A DNA stretch of 64,000 nucleotides from Cyanidioschyzon merolae (lineage: Eukaryota), in the NCBI GenBank assembly GCA_000091205.1, contig AP006500.2. One strand, written 5' to 3'. Shown piece by piece: positions 33,908 through 44,163 of this stretch. The notes under the pieces were generated by a model. That model searched no databases. It saw only the letters and a program-made list of their open reading frames with translations, and was not told the origin of the DNA. The translations under genes and the position numbers were made by a program. How positions within the stretch are numbered: position 1 is the first letter of the stretch; the number at the start of each line of letters is the position of its first letter.

Positions 33908-35505
33908 ATTGGTGTCAGCATAAAATGGAGCAGGTCCACGAATACTGGCTAGCTCTCTAAAAAATGGGCCTCTTCTCCTGGCCGTCAGCGCCAGCCACTG
34001 TGGGATTTTTCCGTGACTGCTTCTTGTTTTATGTTTCTTGTATCTGAAATGAAAAACCGCGGTCTGTCCTTTTACTCTAGATCGGTTGTCACTAGTCGAT
34101 GGATATTGAGGAACACGTCCAAGCGCCGATGTGGCCGATTCAAGCTGTTATCGACGAATATCATAGACACTCGATCGTTGTGAGCTACGCTTCACTCGCC
34201 ATTTTCATGTTATTTATACAGAGCCCCAGTGCGTCCTTCGCGGCGGTGGCGCTTAACTCTTTTCAGATGTTCCTATACGCGCACCAAACATCCGCGGGCT
34301 TCTCCTCCTTCTTCTTCGAGCACCGCCACGTGACACGGGAACGCTTGCTTCGTCCCTAACCACACGAACTTGACGGGTAGCGTGGGGTTCCTTCGATGTC
34401 TCACTCCGTTTCCGCGCCTCAGTGCTGTACCCTAGGATGACGGGCGTCGTCGTCGGCAATCTCCTCGGCGAGTGTGCTGTTCGCAGGACACGAAAGCGTA
34501 GGCTGCCCCATTCGGCTGCGGATTTGTGGAACGCGATATTGACCATGACGAAACAGTGTCTGGAAGGAAACCCGGGCCTGACGAAGCACTCGAGAGATCC
34601 AGTTCCATCTACGCTCCGTTCGTGCAGCGGATTTGTGGAACGCGATACTGACCATGACGAAACAGTGTCTGGAAGGAAACCCGGGCCTGACGAAGCACTC
34701 GAGAGATCCAGTTCCATCTACGCTCCGTTCGTGCAGCGGATTTGTGGAACGCGATATTGACCATGACGAAACAGTGCCTGGAAGGAAACCCAGGCCTGAC
34801 GAAGCACTCGAGAGATCCAGTTCCATCTACGCTCCGTTCGTGCAGCGCGGTGAAGCAGCCTCCGATAGAAGCGATCGCTGCGATAACGCAAGTCCGAGTC
34901 CAAGACACTTCTCCATGCAAACCGAAGACACGCGGGCCTCTACGAGCATACCCCGTGCAGCGTCGCACGCTGTTGTTGGCTCGCGCTCCACCGATAGCGT
35001 CAAAACGGGTAGGAATTGTTGTTCGGTCGATTTCAGCTAATGGAGGCGACAAGGTCAGTGAGCTTACGTTATGAGCTTGTACATACGACGTTCAGGGACA
35101 GCATCGACTTTTTCGTTTCCACGTCAATCCACCAGCGCCAACGCCTGCACCAACGAGTTGCTTTGAACGAGAACGATCGAAAACTTGAGCAGTGTCTGTG
35201 CTGCGAGCCTGCTATACGTCGGGCAAGGACAGGTGCGGCGGCTTGTACGCATGCATCGAATAACGATATCCGTTATTTGAGGAAGCCTTGTCTGAGGGCG
35301 TCGCGAATCGTCTCGACCCCAGTGCCGTCACGAATTCCAGCAACGACGAATTGAACGGGAGACACTGCAACAGAGACCGACCGAGACTCCTACAACTGCG
35401 TATCGGTTCGTATGCTCTTATTGCTGAACTTCAAATGTTGAGGCCGTGCTTCTAAAAAATCTTCGGAAAACTATCGAATGGTTAGAATGGAGCGAGCGGC
35501 TCAAT
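33908..35505. repeat. Left arm of large inverted repeat (R4 family element) with internal 109-bp tandem sub-repeats
   Basis: Near-identical reverse complement of 36425-37812. Arm ORFs 35016-35354(+) and 36589-36927(-) differ at 2 of 112 aa; 34099-34359(+) and 37366-37626(-) are almost identical. The outer ends match (ggtctagattggtgtcagcataaaatggagcaggtccacgaatactggctagctc…). Confidence 0.85.
34506..34860. repeat. 109-bp tandem repeat, ~3.3 copies, inside the left IR arm
   Basis: Unit cgtgcagcggatttgtggaacgcgata.tgaccatgacgaaacagtg.ctggaaggaaacc.gggcctgacgaagcactcgagagatccagttccatctacgctccgtt. Identical ORF starts at 34633 and 34742 (period 109). The right arm carries about two fewer copies, which accounts for the ~210-bp difference in arm length. 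Confidence 0.7.
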
Positions 35506-35529
35506 GCTCTCTATTACGCCGAAACGACT

Positions 35530-36201
35530 CTAAAAGACGCACGTATTAGCTGCTGCTGTACCATCGGCCGAGGCAAAGCGCGTCCGAAGTTGTTCCCATA
35601 CTGCCGCTCTTTCCGATGAGACATCACCAACCGGACTGAGAAACATACTCAGTACCACCTCCTCGCCTGCCTTCTCGTGCCCGAGCAAGCGAATGATGTA
35701 TGTCGGTGTCGAGGGATCACCCCGACTGACGCCCTGTTCAAAACGCGCCGCACGAACGCCGCTGAGAAGAATGTGTAGATCCATGTTGATCGATAAGTCG
35801 ACGACGTTGGCGTAGAGGCCTCGGCGTGGCACCTCAGCGTAGAAGAGTTTCTCGAGGGTTGCGGTCGACTCAAGCACAACCGCCGCGTTCGTCGCGATAA
35901 AACGCAATTCGCCTAACTCCTTGCATGCTTCCAAAAACTCCACAAGACGAGGAAACTTTCCTGCAGCTTGGTCAACCGTCAACCGTCCGGGAGCTTGCGT
36001 TGCCATGCGCACAACGCTTCCCGTGCGCGCACGCCTTCGAACAGGGCGTGCGGCAGCCAGCGACGCGCTGTTCCAGGGCAGCAAACGCGTCCCATGAACG
36101 AGATCACGGTACACTGCCGCACAATGTAGTGCAGTATGTGTGCACCCACTAGATCTTGTGCGTTCTTCAAGCCTCAGCCTATTCAAGCCAGTGACAAACA
36201 T
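35530..36201 (-). CDS. ChuX/HutX-like heme-binding domain protein (tentative) with ~65-aa N-terminal extension
   Basis: 223-aa ORF filling almost the whole 919-bp spacer between the IR arms. The core ...LVEFLEACKELGELRFIATNAAVVLESTATLEKLFYAEVPRRGLYANVVDLSINMDLHILLSGVRAARFEQ...TYIIRLLGHEKAGEEVVLSMFL... has the conservation pattern of bacterial ChuX/HutX heme-utilisation proteins. This is recalled from memory and not searched. Confidence 0.35.
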   Translation of the reverse strand: MFVTGLNRLRLEERTRSSGCTHTALHCAAVYRDLVHGTRLLPWNSASLAAARPVRRRARTGSVVRMATQAPGRLTVDQAAGKFPRLVEFLEACKELGELRFIATNAAVVLESTATLEKLFYAEVPRRGLYANVVDLSINMDLHILLSGVRAARFEQGVSRGDPSTPTYIIRLLGHEKAGEEVVLSMFLSPVGDVSSERAAVWEQLRTRFASADGTAAANTCVF

Positions 36202-36424
36202 CGCTGGAGTTGATCGCAGTCCAAATGGAGATCAGCGAGTGCTGCAATCGATGTCAGCGCCGCTCGCGTTCCATCTTCGCAGGAGCCGTAGAGGAAATCG
36301 TACATGAATGTATATCTAGGGACAGTAATGGACATGAGCGCCTTCGCCCGATGCCGAGTCTCCAGCAGGGCCGGAGGGTCCGTGACGCACCGTCACTGTG
36401 ACGCGCACGTGGAACGCTAGACAC

Positions 36425-37812
36425 ACTCAGATGGAAGATGCAGCCGCTCGCTCCATTCTAACCATTCGATAGTTTTCCGAAGATTTTTTAGAAGCACGGC
36501 CTCAACATTTGAAGTTCAGCAATAAGAGCATACGAACCGATACGCAGTTGTAGGAGTCTCGGTCGGTCTCTGTTGCAGTGTCTCCCGTTCAATTCGTCGT
36601 TGCTGGAATTCGTGACGGCACTGGGGTCGAGACGATTCGCGACGCCCTCAGACAAGGCTTCCTCAAATAACGGATATCGTTATTCGATGCATGCGTACAA
36701 GCCGCCGCACCTGTCCTTGCCCGACGTATAGCAGGCTCGCAGCACAGACACTGCTCAAGTTTTCGATCGTTCTCGTTCAAAGCAACTCGTTGGTGCAGGC
36801 GTTGGCGCTGGTGGATTGACGTGGAAACGAAAAAGTCGATGCTGTCCCTGAACGTCATATGTACAAGCTCATGACGTAAGCTCACTGACCTAGTCGCCTC
36901 CATTAGCTGAAATCGACCGAACAACAATTCCTACGCGTTTTGACGCTATCGGTGGAGCGCGAGCCAGCAACAGCGTGCGACGCTGCACGGGGTATGCTCG
37001 TAGAGGCCCGCGTGTCTTCGGTTTGCATGGAGAAGTGTCTTGGACTCGGACTTGCGTTCTCGCAGCGATCGCTTCTATCGGAGGCTGCTTCACCGCGCTG
37101 CACGAACGGAGCGTAGATGGAACTGGATCTCTCGAGTGCTTCGTCAGGCCCGGGTTTCCTTCCAGACACTGTTTCGTCATGGTCAATATCGCGTTCTACA
37201 AATCCGCAGCCGAATGGGGCAGCCTACGCTTTCGTGTCCTGCGAACAGCACACTCGCCGAGGAGATTGCCGACGACGACGCCCGTCATCCTAGGGTACAG
37301 CACTGAGGCGCGGAAACGGAGTGAGACATCGAAGGAACCCCACGCTACCCGTCAAGGGCGTGTGGTTAGGGACGAAGCAAGCGTTCCCGTGTCACGTGGC
37401 GGTGCTCGAAGAAGAAGGAGGAGAAGCCCGCGGATGTTTGGTGCGCGTATAGGAACATCTGAAAAGAGTTAAGCGCCACCGCCGCGAAGGACGCACTGCG
37501 GCTCTGTATAAATAACATGAAAATGGCGAGTGAAGCGTAGCTCACAACGATCGAGTGTCTATGATATTCGTCGATAACAGCTTGAATCGGCCACATCGGC
37601 GCTTGGACGTGTTCCCCAATATCCATCGACTAGTGACAACCGATCTAGAGTAAAAGGACAGACCGCGGTTTTTCATTTCAGATACAAGAAACATAAAACA
37701 AGAAGCAGTCACGGAAAAATCCCACAGTGGCTGGCGCTGACGGCCAGGAGAAGAGGCCCATTTTTTAGAGAGCTAGCCAGTATTCGTGGACCTGCTCCAT
37801 TTTATGCTGACA
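36425..37812. repeat. Right arm of large inverted repeat (R4 family element)
   Basis: Reverse complement of 33908-35505. The inner end at 36425 (gccgctcgctccattctaaccattcgatag) mirrors 35470-35505. Confidence 0.85.
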
Positions 37813-38049
37813 CCGGTGTAACACGAGACACTTGCCACTGTCGCGCTTCTATCCGCGTGCATGTACGTATGCTCGAGTTACCCGCCCCGTTGCCGGCGAC
37901 GTAATGAACAAGCTCACTTGGCGCACACCTAAAGACTCCCAAGCATCACGCTTTGACAGGCTCTATTATACCACACTCTTTGAAAGAAACAGCGCCACAC
38001 ACAGTATCGACGAGATATCTCGTTGCTATGACCTGCGCGGCGAATACAG

Positions 38050-40782
38050 TCACAAATGCGGATGCTCTGATGCAGCATTGCGACGCTTGTCTCGCGATTG
38101 TTGAGTCGCTTCGGGAACTTGGGTCAACGATACGGGCGCCTCGTACATACTCTGCGCAGCGCCGGTTGGCAGGAGTCCTGCTGACTCCGCTGCGAGCGCA
38201 TCGAGCGACTCTGCCTCTGACGAAGGCTGAAGCGCACCTGACGCTGCTGCGATGAGTTCCTGAAACAACGCATCCAGGCTGTTTTCAGCCAGCATGCGGG
38301 GTCGTAGTTGTTCGACGCGCTCCGAGGACACCAGTCCGGCAGTGAGCAGTGCATCGAAGACAGACATATGTAACGTCGAGTCCACTGGGGCATCGGGCGA
38401 CGTCTGCTCAGGCGAAGAGATCGCAATAAGTGGCTCGCTGGCGTCCTCGTGCTTGTCAGCGGGTGCTGCAGCCACTGGAGCTGTCGTCGTTGCTGATGCC
38501 GTTGTTTCACCGAAAAACAGAGCTAACGAGTCCGCTGCGGGTACCGGATTCGTTGCCACTGGCGCTTGCAGCTCGGTGCTTGTGTCTTGGTGCTTTTCAG
38601 CAGCCTGGTGCTTCGATGCCTCGGTTGACGGTACCAAAGGCAGCGACACATGTAAAAGGTTCGCATTTTCCGGCAGACATGAGGAAAACGTCGCTCCCGC
38701 GGAAGTGCACGCACTCCATGCGCAGAGCAGACAGCCGTTCGTCCATGCACTGGGCACAGCGAATGCTACCGCATCTCGGTTTCTCAGTGCATCTATGGCG
38801 TCTGTGCGAACGTCATCCACTATTGAGGAGGTTCTCAGTGGGGCACACTGCGGATGTGCTGCGGCGGCTTCCGCAGTACCTGCTCGAGGCGTTGGGTCGG
38901 TGTCAATGAGGGTCGTACTCTGCGCTACGCGCGCTTCCATGGTATCCATTACGCTCTCTGGACGAACCGAAATCTTATCGAGCGATTGTGCGCACTCCAC
39001 CGCGTAGCTCAGAACATCTACATCGTCATCTTCGAGGCCAGCGACCAGCAGGCTATTGAGTGCGCGCCAAGCTCGATCCGTGGATGTCCTTCGCGCCGCG
39101 AGCGTTCGAGCAAGACGTAGCAACTCGAGGCGCACTGGTGCAGCCAAGAGCAATCGATGCTGCTGCTGTTGCTGCTGCTGCTGCATCCATCTTCGCAGCA
39201 CCTCGTCGGCGACAGTCCCAATATGATCGATCATCGTGCCTACGATCCAGAGAAAACGACTTTGTGTCGGCGAGTCGGACTCGATCCATGCCGCATTGAG
39301 CACAATCTCTTTTAAGAGATTTTCTGCTTGACTTATGCGTTCCCGAGGCGTCGTCCGTAGCGCTCCCACTGTCATGCGCAGCAGCAGAAGGCCAACAGCA
39401 CCATAGACTGACGGCGATACGACGCTTCGGCTGCGCCAAATGTCGATGAGTTGCGGAATAGCGGCAGCACTGCTTACCGGATGCACTGCTGCCATTAAAG
39501 CCAACGCACGTGCTGCCATAATAGCAAGCTCTTCGCCACGGCACTTCAACAGCGGCACTAGCCGATCCATAATCGTGATGCACAGCGTCTCCTCGAATTC
39601 GACAAGTTTCACCAGGATGCCCAGCTGATGGCGATACACTGCCGGTTCATCAGTGCCGATCGTCGGCACAAACAGGGGCGCGTACCTTGTCAAACACGCT
39701 GGTTCACGCCACGCGAGCACGTGCAGCATTCGCAGGGCCAACACTTTCAGGCCGCTCTCGTGATCCAGCGCGTAGCGAAGCAGCGTTCGCACCACCGTCT
39801 CCGTGACGTCGTTATCGCTGGAGCGCCTCAAATGGTACAGCGTTAGCGCACCGCTCACAGCGACCGCTGCCGACAGGGACTCTACAGCTTTCCTGGCGAG
39901 TCGGTCGACGGCTTGCACAAAGCGGGTAAGCTCTTCACCGCAGAGTGTCTCTGTCATTCGCTCGGGCCGCGTTGTAGTACGCAGTAGGACGTAGCGCAGC
40001 AGCTGATGCAGTGCTATCGGGAGCAGGTTCCCCGGAATCGTCTGGTACTCTTCATCTAGTCGCTCGACCAGCGACACGGGAATGTTGAGCATTGCATCTC
40101 GATCTAGCATGCCCAGTGCTGCAGCAGTTGCAACCAGTACGGGTGCTTCCCGGTCATTTAACAACAACTGCCACAGAGGTGCCGTCAACGCCGAAGCAAT
40201 CTGCTCAACAGGCAGCTGGTGGAGGCTTTGCGCAGGCTCCGCACCGTCGGGCTCGTTCCACGTTAGCACTGGTGGGATACTCAGGGCTGCGGTGAGTCGC
40301 ACTTGCGGATGACGGTCCCGCACACCGCGGTGAATCGCCAACCACATAACCTGGCGTAGAGCGGGAACACGTAGCGAAGTCAGTAGGCGGAGCGCCTGAC
40401 TCCGCACCCAAGGGTCATTGTGCTGCAGGTCCTTAAACAACGCGTTAACCGCCAAGAGGACCAAATGCGGTTCGTCGTCCGCATGCTGCTGCAGGAATAT
40501 GCACACCAGTCGTTTCAGTTCATAGTCTGCTTGCAGCAGATTGCTCACCACGGCGGGTAGCAACTTGGCTACGGGCTGGCCCTGAACGCTGAGCGCTAGC
40601 ACTCTCTTCAGCGCTTCCCTGCGAACCTGTGCGTTGCCCTGTTCAAGCTGGAGTCGTAAAAGTGCCCAGTCTGTGTTCGCATCGTCCAAGTACGAGGCGT
40701 CTGTCCAGTTGCCCGCTAACTGAGACGCCAGCGTTGTCATCGCCGAGGCGGTACAGCCGCGAACTCTCCCCTGGAGCACCAC
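38050..40782 (-). CDS. Adaptor-protein complex large subunit (adaptin N-terminal HEAT/ARM domain protein)
   Basis: N-terminus ...REALKRVLALSVQGQPVAKLLPAVVSNLLQADYELKRLVCIFLQQHADDEPHLVLLAVNALFKDLQHNDPWVRSQALRLLTSLRVPAL...HPQVRLTAALSI... is collinear with the adaptin N-terminal region (compare AP beta/delta/epsilon). A long C-terminal Ala/Ser-rich appendage follows. Which AP complex cannot be resolved. Confidence 0.65.
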   Translation of the reverse strand: MVLQGRVRGCTASAMTTLASQLAGNWTDASYLDDANTDWALLRLQLEQGNAQVRREALKRVLALSVQGQPVAKLLPAVVSNLLQADYELKRLVCIFLQQHADDEPHLVLLAVNALFKDLQHNDPWVRSQALRLLTSLRVPALRQVMWLAIHRGVRDRHPQVRLTAALSIPPVLTWNEPDGAEPAQSLHQLPVEQIASALTAPLWQLLLNDREAPVLVATAAALGMLDRDAMLNIPVSLVERLDEEYQTIPGNLLPIALHQLLRYVLLRTTTRPERMTETLCGEELTRFVQAVDRLARKAVESLSAAVAVSGALTLYHLRRSSDNDVTETVVRTLLRYALDHESGLKVLALRMLHVLAWREPACLTRYAPLFVPTIGTDEPAVYRHQLGILVKLVEFEETLCITIMDRLVPLLKCRGEELAIMAARALALMAAVHPVSSAAAIPQLIDIWRSRSVVSPSVYGAVGLLLLRMTVGALRTTPRERISQAENLLKEIVLNAAWIESDSPTQSRFLWIVGTMIDHIGTVADEVLRRWMQQQQQQQQHRLLLAAPVRLELLRLARTLAARRTSTDRAWRALNSLLVAGLEDDDVDVLSYAVECAQSLDKISVRPESVMDTMEARVAQSTTLIDTDPTPRAGTAEAAAAHPQCAPLRTSSIVDDVRTDAIDALRNRDAVAFAVPSAWTNGCLLCAWSACTSAGATFSSCLPENANLLHVSLPLVPSTEASKHQAAEKHQDTSTELQAPVATNPVPAADSLALFFGETTASATTTAPVAAAPADKHEDASEPLIAISSPEQTSPDAPVDSTLHMSVFDALLTAGLVSSERVEQLRPRMLAENSLDALFQELIAAASGALQPSSEAESLDALAAESAGLLPTGAAQSMYEAPVSLTQVPEATQQSRDKRRNAASEHPHL
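39159..39184. repeat. (GCT/GTT)n microsatellite inside adaptin gene (poly-Gln on coding strand)
   Basis: gctgctgctgttgctgctgctgctgc; encodes the QQQQQQQQ tract of the 910-aa protein. Confidence 0.85.
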
Positions 40783-42239
40783 ACAGCCGCGTTAGAGGAC
40801 GAGTATTGGCCGTTGCAGTGTACGGCCTGGGCAACAGTGACCTACAGTGCAGAAAGAATCTTGTCCGAAGACGCAGCGAGAAAATCTAGAAACGTACTGG
40901 TCTGAGCTTGCTGAGAAACAAACGCAACTCGAACGAGATGCGTCCAGTAGCACTCGCGCTACCAGTTTTCGGGCAACGGAACGCTGCACCTCCGGAGCCG
41001 CTTCCAGGTTCTACCAGCAACACCAACACCTTGTAAATTTAGACCTGTGCTCGTCCGCAGCGTCAAGGCACGAATCCCCGACTGCCAGGCTTGGGTCCCC
41101 GGTGTTACGGCACGGAGGCGAGGTCGTCCACCGGTGTCTCCTGGGAAATCCTGTCTCACGCTAGCCCATACGCCCTTGTCAGTGTAAAAACGGGAACAAG
41201 TCGACGAATACCGGCGCAGACACTCATGGATGTGTCGCTTATCGATGTCATCAACACGTGTGTGCGCAAGCTTTTTCTGTGAATGCCTCCTTTTCCTCCC
41301 ATACATCTCCGGCTTTCAACACGGTAGTATGCTTTCTTTCCCATGTTTACGGTTGTCAGCAGTCGAGGAATGTTGATGGCATCTTTAAACTACCGATTTC
41401 TCCGTTTCCGGTGAAGGTCTGCGTATTTCATGTACAGGCCAAAATTGCGATCTATATTTCGCTTACCACATTCATCTTCGTTGTACACAGCCTCGGTGGG
41501 CTTTTCTGGCGATGACTATTTGCTATACACAGGCACGCTGATCTATCCATCCAGCTGAGGCGCTCCTTGGAACGCTGCCCCCATAGCGTATGAAGCCAAG
41601 CTTCATCGCCCGGTACACACTCTTGATGGGTTCAGAGAACTATTCTGGACGCCCTATTCGTTTTCCATGCCAGACGCGGCACCTCACCACCAGAGGCTTC
41701 CTCATGGGATTATCCTGTCGGCGAGTGCGCTGCCAGCTGCACATGCCAGAACAGGCTGTTCCGTTCGATCGAGCACTTGTGGAACGAGATTTTCTTCTTG
41801 ACAAATCAAGTACTGGAAGAAAAATTCCAGCAGGGCATCGTTTTGATCGATATCACTCCGTCTACGCCCTCTGGGTGCAAAGCGGTGACGCACGCGCCAC
41901 TGTTCATCGATCGCTGCGATGCCTCAAGACCGAGTCCAGGACCCGTGTTCATGCAAAAAAGAGAAACGAGCATCTCTCGGAGCGTACCCAGCGCCAGGTG
42001 ACATGCTCCTGTCGATTGCTGTTTCGTCGAGAGCTAAAAAGAGAAGTGGATTCCCCTCTCAACGGAATCGATTATTTGACGTGACAAGTTCAGAGAGCTC
42101 TTGGTATGAGCTCGTGAACCAGCCGTCATGGTTGCTTTGGGACAGAAAAATTTCAAGATTTGAAGAATACGTGATCTAGGCATTCAACTGGTTCATAAAG
42201 ACGAAGCGTGCAGTCTTCCATGTATGCATTGGATGGATG

Positions 42240-42450
42240 ATATCGGTTATTGTCACGAACCCGTGTTCCAGGGCGTCGTGAATCCTCTTGATCCCGGTGA
42301 CGTAACGAATTCCAGTGGGAAACCGCCAGAGAAGCCATTCCTGGAAACACAACCAGCAATCCTTGATCCCCTAGTGATGCACTGCGAATATCGCTGCTGA
42401 TCATCTAAAAACATACTTCGGAAGACTAGTTCGAAATGCAAGAACAAAGC
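42240..42450. repeat. Fragment of R4 (inner ~210 bp of the IR-arm element)
   Basis: Matches 35270-35505 (…gggcgtcg.gaatc.tct.ga.ccc.gtg.cgt.acgaattccag… …tctaaaaaa..cttcgga.aactat/gttcgaa… agcgagc…tca..gctc). Confidence 0.45.
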
Positions 42451-42600
42451 GAGCAGTTCAGAGCTCCATTTTATGTTCATACGGGTGCTGCGATCTGCCG
42501 TCGCTGCTCCTTGTTTGCTGCGAGTCATATCCTACCTGCATTTCTGTTTGCGTTCATCAACGTACTTCCAGCGTCCAAGTGACGGGGTTGCGTCTGCCTC

Positions 42601-43449
42601 GTGATAGGGCTAGAGTGCTTGCCTCTGGCAAGCCCGTTCATGGGATCGGCAGCACCTTTGTCGCGGATCGCGAGACTCCTCGAACGGGACGCAGCTACGC
42701 TGGCGTGGAGCGAACTTCACGAAGCGCACCAGGTACTGCTGCGCTGCACGCTGCGCTCGACTGACGGACAGGCACTCTGGTTGCTGTCGCAGTTCTATGA
42801 ACGCGGGTTTCACGTGCAGTGGCAGCTGCGCCGCAAGACTCGGCCTCGTGGAGGTGGTCTCATCGCTCGCTGGTGGTCCTCAGCGCGATATCGGTGGCAC
42901 TCGCTGTTCACGGAGCCGGTGCTCGCGCTTGATCGCTTCCTCGCCGACAGATACCGCTATGCAGCGGCTCGTGCTGACGTGCTTCCGGCCCAACTAGCCC
43001 TGGTAGAGGAGCTTCGGCGCAACGGTGACGATGCGGATCACGAGCTCGCCTATGCGCTCCTGAAGCGCATGGTACGGTTGATGGCAGGACAGCGCTCAGC
43101 GGGCATGAACGCTGCTGTGCTCCCGAAAATAGGTCTTGTCTGTCTAACCCGTGGTGCGTTCAATGACGCGCTAACGTTCCTGGAGCAATGGTATGAAAAT
43201 GCAGCTCCTCGTGAGGGACACGCAGACACCATAGCGGTGCTGGGCGTGCTCTACGCTCGCCGGTGGCTGCACGCAACTGAAGCAGCGCGTACGGATCACG
43301 ACCTAATGCAAGCGCAACGATATCTGACAGAGGCTGCGGAGAACGGAAGCGTACTGGCGCAGTCATGGATTGTCGCACTGGAAGAGCACTGGAAACATCC
43401 CAGGTCTGGAGAGGAGCGAACGGCCTCCATCCAAGCGGTACACATCTGA
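42601..43449 (+). CDS. Hypothetical protein with Sel1/TPR-like repeats
   Basis: ...GHADTIAVLGVLYARRWLHATEAARTDHDLMQAQRYLTEAAENGSVLAQSWIVAL... resembles Sel1-like repeats. Otherwise unrecognised. Confidence 0.3.
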   Translation: MIGLECLPLASPFMGSAAPLSRIARLLERDAATLAWSELHEAHQVLLRCTLRSTDGQALWLLSQFYERGFHVQWQLRRKTRPRGGGLIARWWSSARYRWHSLFTEPVLALDRFLADRYRYAAARADVLPAQLALVEELRRNGDDADHELAYALLKRMVRLMAGQRSAGMNAAVLPKIGLVCLTRGAFNDALTFLEQWYENAAPREGHADTIAVLGVLYARRWLHATEAARTDHDLMQAQRYLTEAAENGSVLAQSWIVALEEHWKHPRSGEERTASIQAVHI

Positions 43450-44163
43450 ATCCAGGGAAGCTAGACGAAGGCGTCGCTCACCTGAGCGACGGGATTTGGC
43501 ACTTTGGACTGCTGCTGCCTTTCGTCAAGAGCTACGTTCCTGGGCAGTGGCGATCAAGGTCGGTTTCCAAGGACGCTTGGTTGACCCAAACATCCCACAT
43601 GCGACAGCGCGTCACCGTAGGGCGTTTTTCATCGGGATCGGTCGCAACTCGATCATGTCCCTGGTAACTCGTGGGCGATAGAGACGAAGGTTTCGTGCAA
43701 ACGATCTGGTCTCGAGTTAGGCGCTTATGTGTGGTATCATGAATAAAGAAAGAAGGGCTTGCCGTCTCGGCGCTGCGGCGTCCGGCAAGTGATCTCCTGT
43801 TCTCACTTTAAAGGACGGGGAGTGCACCAAGTGCCGTATGGCCTCTGTTCCAATGACCTAGATGGAATCTGTTACTGACTTGAGCGTGAACCAAGCGAAC
43901 ACGGAGTGCTATGGCACACACGGAGCACATACGCCTGGGTAATGAAGACGCAAACAGATAAGTGTTCCGGGTTTGTGCTCATGCGGAACTGCCAAAGCAT
44001 TCCCGAGTGGTCCACAAATCGGCGAGAGGATACGCGCCGGACAAGAAGCGCATGCGCTGTGTCATCAGGAAGTGTCTAGTTCCTGGTTGCAACTGAACTA
44101 AAAAGCGGGATGCATCTCGCGCAACAACACGTCTTCTTTTCCTCTTTGGACCTATTTGGGATG

